The translations under genes were made by a program, and so were the position numbers. The notes below the pieces were generated by a model, which saw only the letters and a list, made by a program, of their open reading frames with translations, was not told the DNA's origin and did no database searches. 64,000 nucleotides of DNA from Rickettsiales bacterium (GTDB taxonomy: Bacteria > Pseudomonadota > Alphaproteobacteria > Methylaequorales > Methylaequoraceae): assembly GCA_002691145.1 (NCBI GenBank), contig NZHE01000024.1, positions 78,115-142,114 on the forward strand, in the 5' to 3' direction. Positions 10,182-19,098 of this stretch are shown here, in pieces. Within the stretch, counting starts at the first letter, position 1. Each line of letters begins with the position of its first letter.

Positions 10182-12890
10182 ATGCTTAATATTGGTAATA
10201 TCGTATTTCAAAACCCTTATTTTTTAATACTTCTACTAACTTTCCCTTTTTTTTGGAAATATTTAAGATCCTCCCCTCTTCTTCCAAGTTTAGTAAAGTT
10301 TCCAGCTATAATTTTAGTTTCTAATCATAAGTCCATTGACAATACTCCTGAAAAGAACTCATTTTTTATTCTTTTATTAAGAATTTTAATTTTTATAATA
10401 TTAGTTTTAGTTCTAAGCAAACCAAAATTTGGGAAAATTAATCACTCTAAGTTTGAACAGCTTGTAATAATTGATAACAGTTGGACCTCTAGTGCAAATT
10501 GGAATGATAGAAAAAGTAAGATTAAAGAGTTATTAAAATCTTATAAATTTTCAAATTTTAATTTTACAATCATGTCTACAACACAACATTCAAAAAATGA
10601 TATTTTAAATGTAACCACTAATAATTATGAAGAGGCAAAAGAATTCTTGCATAAACTGAAACCATTTCCATGGGAACCAAACTACGAGCTTGTTAAGAAA
10701 AACTTAAAAAACAAAGAAAAAAATTTTGATTCAGTATTTTGGTTTACAGAAAGTATTATTAACATAGAAAAGAAAAAATTATATGAATTTTTGAAGCAAG
10801 ATAATTTATTTATTGTTTCAAGTTTAAATGAAAATCTTCCACCAATCTTAAAATTAAATACACAATCTAATGAAACTTATGAATTTGAAATTACACACTT
10901 AGATGAGGGTATTTCAAATGGTTTTATTGATGCATATGATAAAAATAGAAGATTGCTATTTAGGTTTAAATATAATGAAAAATTTGAAAAGGATGGTGAG
11001 TTTTTTAAAACAAATGTAAATCTTGTTTTACCTGTATATCTTAAAAACAAGGTAGACTTTTTTCAAGTAAATTCAATAAGAACGCCATCTACTGTTGTAT
11101 ATTTAAATAAATGGAAAAAAAATAAACTAGTTGGTTTAAGCACTCTAAATTCCAATAAGAACATTCAAGAATTAGATAAAGGTAATTATTACGTAAAAAA
11201 AGCCTTAGAAAAAAACTATAAAATCGTTGAAGATAATTTGGAGAATCTTTTAGCTCAAAATCTGAAAATCATTTACATCGATGATTCTTATCTAATAGAA
11301 AAAAGTTTAGAAAAAAAGTTATTAACTTGGTTAAAAAATGGAGGAACTCTGATTAAATTAAGTGGCAAAAAATTAATTAGAGAACTTAATTTGGGTAATG
11401 AGAACTTTTTTGACTTTACTTTCTCTCTTTTAAAAGAGAGTTCTAATCTCGGTAAAAACCTAAGTCTAAAAAATTTTTTAAAAATTCGAGAATTTGATAA
11501 TAGAAGTCCCTTCTTCGGTCTTGTAATTCCTAATGAGATTAAAATAAAAAAATATATTCAAAGCAATGTAAAAAAGTCTGAGAACATAGAAACTCTTGCA
11601 AATTTGGAAAACGGAGCGTCTTTAATTTCTGCAATGAATTTCGGAAAAGGAAAAATGATTCTTTTTCATGTGCCATGTAATCTTGATTGGTCAAACTTAT
11701 GTTTTTCCTATCTTTTCGTTGATTTAAACGAGAGAATTATTAACTCAATTAAGGGTTTCAAAGAAGAAAATGAAAGAATATTGAAACCGTACTTATCCAT
11801 AAATGGATTTGGAGAATTAGAAAAACCCTATCCGGAAAGTTTAAATATAATTAAAAATTTAGTTCAAAAACAGGTGAAAGTAAAATACGATAAACCACCA
11901 GGTTTGTATAAAGATTCAAATGGAATTTATGCATTAAATTTAAGTGATAGCCTTGATTATAATTTTAAAAAGTTCGAATTTGAAGAAAAAATATTTTCAA
12001 TAAATACACTTAATCATAAAGGCTCAGACTTACAAAATATTTTAATCTCAATAGTGTTTATATTATTTATATTAGAAAATCTTTTTATTATGATAAGTAA
12101 ACAGGCTATTAATTTTAATATTAAAAAAAATTTTAAATTTTTATTTGTTTTTTTGTTAATTCCAACAAATTTAATTGCAACTGAAAAATCAATTTTTAGT
12201 CTAGTTTCAAGTAATAAGATAGGATATGTAATAACAAAAAATAAAAATATTAATGAAATTAATGAAAATGGATTAATTTCTCTATCAAATTTTATAACTC
12301 AAAAAACAGCAGCAATAATGGAACTTCCTGAACCTATAGATTTTTATACCGATGAATTATATTATTATCCTTTGATTTATTGGAGTATTATTGATGAAAA
12401 TACTAATCTTGATGAGAATGAAATAAAAAAAATTAATAATTACACAAAAAATGGTGGTTTATTAATTATAGACTGCAAGACACAATTAAATAATATCTTA
12501 CCCGATGATTGCTTAAAAATATTTAGAAATATATTCCCTCTTAATTTTTTTTCAAAGTTTAAAGTGCTCAATAACTCTCACGCTATTTCAAAAAGCTTTT
12601 ATCTGCTAAATTCTTTTCCGGGGAGGAGAAATAATAAAGTATTTGTTACTTCAAATGAGTCCCAAAAGAGTGACAAAGGGGCTTCCATAGTTCTTAGTAA
12701 TAATCATTGGACTGATTCATGGGCCTTGAATAAGGATAAGGACTTTCTATTCCCTCTTCTTGATAATATTGAAAATCAAAGAACACTATCATTTAGATTT
12801 GGTTTAAATCTTCTCATTCATAGCCTGACTGGAAACTATAAGACCGACCAAGTACACGTACCAGAAATTTTAAAAAGAATAGAAGATTAA
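10182..12890 (+). CDS. BatA N-terminal / vWA-like / DUF4159 domain membrane protein
   Basis: N-terminal FQNPYFLILLL...LLLRILI...P (BatA), IIDNSWTS, and a DUF4159-type C-terminus (YYPLIYW, GGLLIID, LTGNYKTDQVHVPEILKRI). Confidence 0.85.
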   Translation: MLNIGNIVFQNPYFLILLLTFPFFWKYLRSSPLLPSLVKFPAIILVSNHKSIDNTPEKNSFFILLLRILIFIILVLVLSKPKFGKINHSKFEQLVIIDNSWTSSANWNDRKSKIKELLKSYKFSNFNFTIMSTTQHSKNDILNVTTNNYEEAKEFLHKLKPFPWEPNYELVKKNLKNKEKNFDSVFWFTESIINIEKKKLYEFLKQDNLFIVSSLNENLPPILKLNTQSNETYEFEITHLDEGISNGFIDAYDKNRRLLFRFKYNEKFEKDGEFFKTNVNLVLPVYLKNKVDFFQVNSIRTPSTVVYLNKWKKNKLVGLSTLNSNKNIQELDKGNYYVKKALEKNYKIVEDNLENLLAQNLKIIYIDDSYLIEKSLEKKLLTWLKNGGTLIKLSGKKLIRELNLGNENFFDFTFSLLKESSNLGKNLSLKNFLKIREFDNRSPFFGLVIPNEIKIKKYIQSNVKKSENIETLANLENGASLISAMNFGKGKMILFHVPCNLDWSNLCFSYLFVDLNERIINSIKGFKEENERILKPYLSINGFGELEKPYPESLNIIKNLVQKQVKVKYDKPPGLYKDSNGIYALNLSDSLDYNFKKFEFEEKIFSINTLNHKGSDLQNILISIVFILFILENLFIMISKQAINFNIKKNFKFLFVFLLIPTNLIATEKSIFSLVSSNKIGYVITKNKNINEINENGLISLSNFITQKTAAIMELPEPIDFYTDELYYYPLIYWSIIDENTNLDENEIKKINNYTKNGGLLIIDCKTQLNNILPDDCLKIFRNIFPLNFFSKFKVLNNSHAISKSFYLLNSFPGRRNNKVFVTSNESQKSDKGASIVLSNNHWTDSWALNKDKDFLFPLLDNIENQRTLSFRFGLNLLIHSLTGNYKTDQVHVPEILKRIED

Positions 12891-15055
12891 TGACAGAAAA
12901 TATTTTTTCGAATATATATTTTGAACCTATAATACCAATATACCTAATAATCATTCTTATACTTGTATTTATTTTTTCTACTATTCATGCGATAGTAAAA
13001 AAAATTGATGGTTCATTTTTAAGATTTTTTCTCTTAACTTTATTATTAGTTTTGGTGATTCAACCTATTATAAAGATTGAAAACAGAGAGCTAGAAAAGG
13101 ACATAATTACAATTCTAATAGACAAAACTGCTAGTCAAAAAATAACTAATAGAATTAAAGATGTAGACGAAGTTTATAACAAACTATTATCAAAAATTGG
13201 CAAACTAGAAGGTATTGACATTTTAAAAATATCTGTTGATGATCAATCCATTAGAACAAGTTTTGGTAGTATAAAAGAAATCAATTCAGAGCAAAGTGAA
13301 GAAGAAAAAATAATTAGAAATGTAGAAGATTTAAATTCTTCAAAACTAATAAGTATTTTAAAAAATCATATAAACAAGTATCCATCGAAAAAGATTTCTA
13401 CAATCTTCATGATAACAGATGGACAAATTCATGATCTTACAGTTCACTCAGCCTTGGAGAAAATAGAAATTCCTATTTATTATATATTGGCTGGTGATAA
13501 GAAATTAAATGATATCAAACTTACATTAGTATCAAAACCAAATTTTAACTATTTAGATGAAAGAACAAAAATAAAGTTTAAGGTAGAGGATTTTTTGCAT
13601 AATCAAGATTTAGTCGAGCTAACTGTGCAAAATAGCTTTATGCCAGAAATTAAAAAAAAAATTCAGGTTGGTATTGTAAATGATATTGAGTTTGATTTGC
13701 CAAAGATAGGTCAAAATTTTTTTAAGTTATCTGTAGAAAAAAAAGAAAATGAAATTTCAATACTAAACAACTCTGAAATTATAAAAATCGACGGTATAAG
13801 AAAAAAATTAAGAGTTTTGCTCATTTCTGGAAATCCTTATATGGGAACGCGTGTTTGGAGAAATTTCTTAAAATCAGACCCGTCTGTTGAACTAATACAT
13901 ATGACAGTTTTAAGACCGCCAGAGAAAAATGATAATACACCATTTAATGAATTATCTCTCATCCCTTTCCCTATAAAAGAGTTATTTGAAAATAAATTAA
14001 GTAAATTTGAATTAATTATTTTTGATAATTTTAAGGGAAGAAATGTATTATCTCCTTTGTATCTGCAGAATTTAAAAAGATTTGTAAATAATGGTGGAGC
14101 GCTTTTAGAAATTGCTGGACCAGCCTATAATTCAAAATATAGCTTATTTAGAACCGAAATTGGAAGTATTCTTCCTGGAGTACCTTCTGGTAAAGTAATA
14201 AGAAAGGAATTTAAGCCAAAATTAACTGAAATTGGGAAAAAACATCCTATAACACAAAATATATTTGATGATTACAGCAACTATGGTTCATGGTTTGAAA
14301 TGAATAAAATTGAAAATTTAGATAGCAACTCCATAACACTTCTTAATGGAGTTGCAGATTTTCCGCTTTTAACTGTAAAAAGACAAATGAAAGGAAGAGT
14401 AGCGCAAATTTATAGTCATCAAATTTGGCTATGGTCTAAAGCTTTTGAAAAAGACAAAGGTGGTCCTTACAACAAACTAATAAAAAATTTAGCTCATTGG
14501 TTGATGAAAGAACCATTACTGGAAGAAAATAAATTACTTTTAAGCGCAAAGAATAACAAAATATCAATTGAAAAAAGATTCATTACAGTGCCAAATAAAG
14601 ATGAAATTTTTGTCACCATAAAAGAGCCAAACAATTCAAAAAAAGAATTGAGGCTTAAAAAGATTTCAAACTTAAAATACCTAGCAGAATATAATTATGT
14701 TGAAGCTGGAGAATATTTAATTAATGATGGTAACATAGAAAAATCAATAAAAACACAAGAGTTTGAGAATCTTGAACTCAAAAATCTTAATGTTACTGCA
14801 GAAATTATAAATAAAAACAATATATCTAAAAATTTCTCAAAGGTGATTTTATCAGAGGAACTTCAATATTTTAAAGTCAAAGAAGAAAATCTTATTGAAG
14901 AAAAAAGTAAAGACAGTAGAAATATTTATATAAAAAGGAACGATAATTTCATCACAAAGAGCTATAATAATCATCAGGTTTTCAATACTTCATTTTTAGT
15001 TTTTATTATATTTTTTACGATTATTTTATGTTGGAAGAGGGAGAAAAAAAAGTAA
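12890..15055 (+). CDS. Membrane-anchored vWA + class I glutamine-amidotransferase-like domain protein
   Basis: N- and C-terminal TMs, LIDKTASQ and ITDGQIHD (vWA), LRVLLISG.P...R.WRNFLKSDPSVELIH..LRPPEK, GRVAQ...WLW. Coupled to the upstream gene. Confidence 0.8.
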   Translation: MTENIFSNIYFEPIIPIYLIIILILVFIFSTIHAIVKKIDGSFLRFFLLTLLLVLVIQPIIKIENRELEKDIITILIDKTASQKITNRIKDVDEVYNKLLSKIGKLEGIDILKISVDDQSIRTSFGSIKEINSEQSEEEKIIRNVEDLNSSKLISILKNHINKYPSKKISTIFMITDGQIHDLTVHSALEKIEIPIYYILAGDKKLNDIKLTLVSKPNFNYLDERTKIKFKVEDFLHNQDLVELTVQNSFMPEIKKKIQVGIVNDIEFDLPKIGQNFFKLSVEKKENEISILNNSEIIKIDGIRKKLRVLLISGNPYMGTRVWRNFLKSDPSVELIHMTVLRPPEKNDNTPFNELSLIPFPIKELFENKLSKFELIIFDNFKGRNVLSPLYLQNLKRFVNNGGALLEIAGPAYNSKYSLFRTEIGSILPGVPSGKVIRKEFKPKLTEIGKKHPITQNIFDDYSNYGSWFEMNKIENLDSNSITLLNGVADFPLLTVKRQMKGRVAQIYSHQIWLWSKAFEKDKGGPYNKLIKNLAHWLMKEPLLEENKLLLSAKNNKISIEKRFITVPNKDEIFVTIKEPNNSKKELRLKKISNLKYLAEYNYVEAGEYLINDGNIEKSIKTQEFENLELKNLNVTAEIINKNNISKNFSKVILSEELQYFKVKEENLIEEKSKDSRNIYIKRNDNFITKSYNNHQVFNTSFLVFIIFFTIILCWKREKKK

Positions 15056-15084
15056 AACCTGGCTTATTAAAATAAGCCAGGTTT
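15055..15084. terminator. Bidirectional intrinsic terminator hairpin
   Basis: Perfect inverted repeat AAACCTGGCTTATT-AA-AATAAGCCAGGTTT between the convergent moxR operon and amtB, with T-rich tails on both strands. Confidence 0.8.
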
Positions 15085-15112
15085 ATTATTCCAAAATTCG
15101 AAAGGATATTTT

Positions 15113-16462
15113 CTATTTTTTGGATTCTGTAAAGTCAGGATGTGAAATTGAACCTAATTCACTCATATCCAAACCATACTGTTCATCTTCCTTAGATGCT
15201 CTAATACCGAGCACAGCTTTAATTGCGAACCAGACAATAGCGGTCACAATGACTGTGAAAGCAGCATAAGATATCACACCTAAAAACTGAGTTCCGAAAG
15301 AGGTATCAGGGTTTGTAACAGGAACAACTAAAGTTCCAAAAATTCCAGCAAACAAGTGAGCCGGAATAGCACCTACAACGTCGTCAATTTTTAAAGAATC
15401 TAAAAGTTTCATACCATACATACAGATTACACCTCCGATTGCACCTATGATTATTGCTTCACCCATTGATGGTGTAAGTGGTTCTGCTGTGATTGCAACT
15501 AAACCTGCAATCGCACCATTCAGAGTACCTGCTATGTTTGTATGACTGTTGGTCAACTTACTAACAATCATGCAAGCAACAACACCACCAGCAGCTGCAA
15601 GGTTGGTGTTTACAAAAATATCTGCTATCGCCGTTGCATCAGCGCCAGATCCTAAAGCCAATTGAGAACCGCCATTGAATCCAAACCAACCTAGCCAAAG
15701 AATAAACACACCCAATGTAGTCAAGGGTATAGAACAACCCGCTAAAGTATTAGCAGAGCCGTCGCTATTGTATTTTCCATCTCTTGGTCCAAGTAACAAT
15801 GCCCCTGTTAGAGCAGCCCATCCACCAACTGAATGAACAAGAGTTGAGCCTGCAAAATCTGAAAAACCTGCTTCAGATAGCCATCCTCCACCCCATTGCC
15901 AAGAACCAGCAATTGGATAAATTATGCCAGTAAGTATGGCAACAAATAGGAAAAATGGCCATATTAATATTCTTTCAGCCAATGCTCCAGAAACAATGGA
16001 GGCAGCGGTTGCAACAAAAACCATCTGAAAATACCAATCAGAGGCTGAAGCATAGCCAGTTTCTAAGTCCGGAGATGAATCACGTGCAAACATTGAGAAT
16101 GAACCAATGTAGCCTCCATCAACTCCACTATACATTAAATTGTATCCAACTAAAAAATACATAATACCTGCGATTGAAAAAAGTCCTATATTTTTCAAGC
16201 AGATAACGGCTGTATTTTTGCTTCTAACTTGACCTGCTTCAAGCATGCAAAAGCCCGCGGCCATAAACATTACAAGAAAACCACAAACCAAAAACAAAAA
16301 AGTGTTAAATATGTAAGCTACTTCTGAGCTTACTGCAGGCATTGCTGATTCCTCGGCGACCTCCTGCGCATTTAAATCAAATGAAAATGCTAAACCTAAA
16401 AGCAAGCAATATAATAAAATTGATTTAAATCGAAATAAATTGTTTAATACGTTAAATTTCAT
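15113..16462 (-). CDS. amtB: Ammonium transporter (Amt family)
   Basis: Signal peptide, FMAAGFCMLEAG, FQMVF, SGALAER, DFAGSTLVH, WFGFNGGS, DDVVGAIPAH (twin His), C-terminal EQYGLD. Confidence 0.97.
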   Translation of the reverse strand: MKFNVLNNLFRFKSILLYCLLLGLAFSFDLNAQEVAEESAMPAVSSEVAYIFNTFLFLVCGFLVMFMAAGFCMLEAGQVRSKNTAVICLKNIGLFSIAGIMYFLVGYNLMYSGVDGGYIGSFSMFARDSSPDLETGYASASDWYFQMVFVATAASIVSGALAERILIWPFFLFVAILTGIIYPIAGSWQWGGGWLSEAGFSDFAGSTLVHSVGGWAALTGALLLGPRDGKYNSDGSANTLAGCSIPLTTLGVFILWLGWFGFNGGSQLALGSGADATAIADIFVNTNLAAAGGVVACMIVSKLTNSHTNIAGTLNGAIAGLVAITAEPLTPSMGEAIIIGAIGGVICMYGMKLLDSLKIDDVVGAIPAHLFAGIFGTLVVPVTNPDTSFGTQFLGVISYAAFTVIVTAIVWFAIKAVLGIRASKEDEQYGLDMSELGSISHPDFTESKK

Positions 16463-16498
16463 AAAAATTTCCTTCCAATTTGGTTGAGCTTTTATTCA

Positions 16499-16514
16499 TG
16501 CAGGAAATATGCCA
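16499..16514 (-). promoter_or_regulatory. Sigma-54 (RpoN) -24/-12 promoter for amtB
   Basis: Minus strand TGGCATATTTCCTGCA = GG-N10-GC, ending 37 nt upstream of the amtB ATG. An SD-like GGAAGG lies between them. Confidence 0.8.
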
Positions 16515-16531
16515 ATATAAATTTTATCTTG

Positions 16532-16544
16532 CAAACAACTGATT
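16532..16544 (-). promoter_or_regulatory. Putative IHF binding site
   Basis: Minus strand AATCAGTTGTTTG matches WATCARNNNNTTR and sits between the sigma-54 core and the putative enhancer. Confidence 0.55.
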
Positions 16545-16588
16545 TATAATGTATTTTTTTTTCAAAAATTTAATATACTAAGAAGTAT

Positions 16589-16605
16589 TGAACAAATTTT
16601 AAGCA
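16589..16605. promoter_or_regulatory. Putative NtrC-type enhancer site 1
   Basis: TGAAC-AAATTTT-AAGCA, 17 bp resembling TGCAC-N7-GTGCA with an A/T core. Centred about -109 from the inferred start site. Confidence 0.5.
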
Positions 16606-16628
16606 GTTAAATAAATTTTTTTAATTTT

Positions 16629-16645
16629 TGCCTAATAAGTAATCA
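16629..16645. promoter_or_regulatory. Putative NtrC-type enhancer site 2
   Basis: TGCCT-AATAAGT-AATCA, 40 bp from site 1 and centred about -149. Confidence 0.45.
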
Positions 16646-16650
16646 GTAAC

Positions 16651-17393
16651 ATGCAAGAAAGATATCTTGGAGATATACACGATTTTCATAAATTTTTATT
16701 TTTAAAATTTATAAAGTATACCTCCTCTTTAAATCTGGGTTTAAATTTTTATAATGTTAACCCAAAAATCCTTGGGAAAAATGAAGTATCCAAGAATGAT
16801 GGTGAAAAAAGAAAATACTTGAATAATGATAGATATAGAAAATTAGATCAGTTAATGATTAAAGAATTCACAGAATTAGTTTCAAAAAAAAATAGAAAAT
16901 TCAAAAGTTTTATAAAATATTCTCATTTAAAAAAATATATTAATTTTTATCATGATGAAATAAGACTCAATGATAGAAAGATTTGGTTTAAAAACTCTAT
17001 CATTAAGTTAAAAAACTGCGATATAATTTTTCTTGACCCAGACAATGGATTGATACCTAAAAGTGTAAAAAAAAATCAATGCAATCATTGAAATATGTTT
17101 TATTTGATGAATTGTCAGAAATCTTAGCTACAAATAAAGTAGTAATTTTTTCTCAATCACAATCTTATTCAAAGTATCATAAAACATTTTTAAAAGAAAA
17201 AATTAACGAAATATCCGATAATATTAATATTTCTGTTAATTTTCCTATCATTAGAAACAGAACGTCACCAAATTCTTTTTTCTTTACAATTTCAAAAGAC
17301 ATATATTTTGATGAAATTAACAGCTTATTAAAAAAATATGCTAATTTTCACGGAAACATAGAATTAATTGATCCTCTTTTTATTACTGAATAA
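16651..17393 (+). CDS. Hypothetical protein (YxGDxxDFxK ... FLDPDNG motifs); apparent 1-nt frameshift in an A9 run at 17067-17075
   Basis: ORFs 16651-17091 and 17079-17393 join with one extra A as ...DPDNGLIPKSVKKKSMQSLKYV..., giving about 247 aa. Confidence 0.75.
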
Positions 17394-18335
17394 TTTATAC
17401 CATGTTATCAAAGCAGGAACTCCAACCAAAATTTCTCTTATTCTTCGACCAATCGCAGCAGAAAATGAAACAGGGCTAGCCAATCCAAGAAAATTTCCAA
17501 CTACAACAAAACTTATTTCTTGGACTCCTAAACCTGCAGGTATAAAAAATACAATCGCTCTAATAATACCAGTAACAGATTCAATTATTATCACATCAAT
17601 AAAATCTACACTTACACCAATTATCAGAAAAAAAACATATATCTCAAATGCTCCGCCTATCCAGCCAAGTGTTCTATAAAAAAGGGCAAGAAACACAATT
17701 TTTAATCTAAAGCTTAATCTAAACAATTCAAAATCAAATTTTATTAAATTATTTATAATCTCTTTATTTAATTTAAGTATTCTTGGAAACTTTCTTAAAA
17801 AAAATTTCATAAATCTTTTTCTGATTGATATACAAAAACCAACTGTAGCAAATATTAAAATTAAAATTGAAAAAGTTAAATATCGCACCTTTTCTTGAAA
17901 AACATTAAGATTTTCAGCATGATAAAATAAGAATAAAAAACTCAATAACGCCATGATTAATAAAGAGAAAGCAGCCAAGGCTAAATCTCCTATTACGGTT
18001 GATGATGCCTCCGAGGTTGTCATACCTTTTTTTATACTCAGATATATTCTAACAAATTCTCCTGTTATGGCGCCGGTTGGTGTAATCTTTCCAGCTGTTT
18101 GTGAAATCCAAGTAATTAAAAAACACCACAATAAACCTAAATAATTTTTTCTCATAAGAATCTTCCAAGCAAGAGTATCCAAAAATAATGTTGGAATATG
18201 AGCCAAAACTAATAACAGTAATTTTTCTTTGTGTGCAACAATATAGTTAATTGATTCTGGTCCAGCGAAAAAGTTATAGATCCAAAAAATTGATATTCCT
18301 CCTAATAAGATAATAAAAAAATTTTTGATTCTCAT
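17364..18335 (-). CDS. Lysylphosphatidylglycerol-synthase TM / HpnL-like flippase-domain membrane protein
   Basis: Multi-TM protein with TP...GEFVR..L, IESV..IIRAIVFFIPAGLGVQE and RRIRE...G.PAL..W, typical of the UPF0104/HpnL group. Confidence 0.8.
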   Translation of the reverse strand: MRIKNFFIILLGGISIFWIYNFFAGPESINYIVAHKEKLLLLVLAHIPTLFLDTLAWKILMRKNYLGLLWCFLITWISQTAGKITPTGAITGEFVRIYLSIKKGMTTSEASSTVIGDLALAAFSLLIMALLSFLFLFYHAENLNVFQEKVRYLTFSILILIFATVGFCISIRKRFMKFFLRKFPRILKLNKEIINNLIKFDFELFRLSFRLKIVFLALFYRTLGWIGGAFEIYVFFLIIGVSVDFIDVIIIESVTGIIRAIVFFIPAGLGVQEISFVVVGNFLGLASPVSFSAAIGRRIREILVGVPALITWYKLFSNKKRIN

Positions 18336-18340
18336 ATGTT

Positions 18341-19098
18341 TTAAATTAATTTGTTAAATTTTATTATCTTACCACGGATCTCTGAAAAACTAGTTGCATC
18401 AACTCTTGGATGCCAGTTAAAAAATGAAAATCTTTTATAAAACATAGTTCCAGAATGAGCTGGCAACAAATAATTATAATTACTAATTGGACGAAAACAC
18501 TCTTTTTCAATCGTCAAGTAAGATAAATTTTTTTGCTCAGAAACATAAATGTTAAGTAGCATTTTTTTTAATTTTTTGTCTTTCTCACTCAGATTATAAA
18601 TGATTTCATTACCATTAATTTTAAAAAAAGTATTTGATGAAATTTTCTGATTAAAATAATTATATTCTGAGTACTCAAGTACTTTTACGTAATTTTTAAA
18701 TTTTGAAGCTAGAAAATTTGCAAGGTCATGGTCCTGATGTCCTCCTTCGTAAGCAGGCGTAAAAACAATCTTAATTTTATATTTTTTGATAATATTTTTT
18801 ATAGAATTAAACGTTTTAAGCAAGTTATCTTTAACCATCCTAGAATTAATTTGTTGAACTTTGTATTTTTTAACTTTAAAAAACTTCATTGATTCTTTTA
18901 ATTCTTTAATTCTCTTATTTAATAAAAACTTGTAATTTTTTTTTCCCAAAACCATCTTGAGTTTTTACTAATTACACCATTTGTGAGAAAGAAAATATAA
19001 ACAAAATTACCTTCTCGAATCAGCTCTCTTATTTTTGTTGATAAACCAACAACTTCATCATCCGGATGGGCGGCTAAAATTAGTACATTTTTGGTCAT
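18341..19098 (-). CDS. PIG-L family de-N-acetylase; apparent 1-nt frameshift in a T9 run at 18936-18944
   Basis: The ATG at 19098 gives MTKNVLILAAHPDDEVVG...IFFLTNG (HPDD motif, missed by the ORF track). It continues after the frameshift into the ORF with AYEGGHQDH and YVSEQ. Confidence 0.88.

Noticed and set aside
15113-16462. Higher GC in amtB (also in petB and ctaD) suggesting horizontal transfer
   Set aside because: It is explained by Gly/Ala-rich conserved membrane proteins. Third codon positions remain AT-rich and there are no mobility genes.
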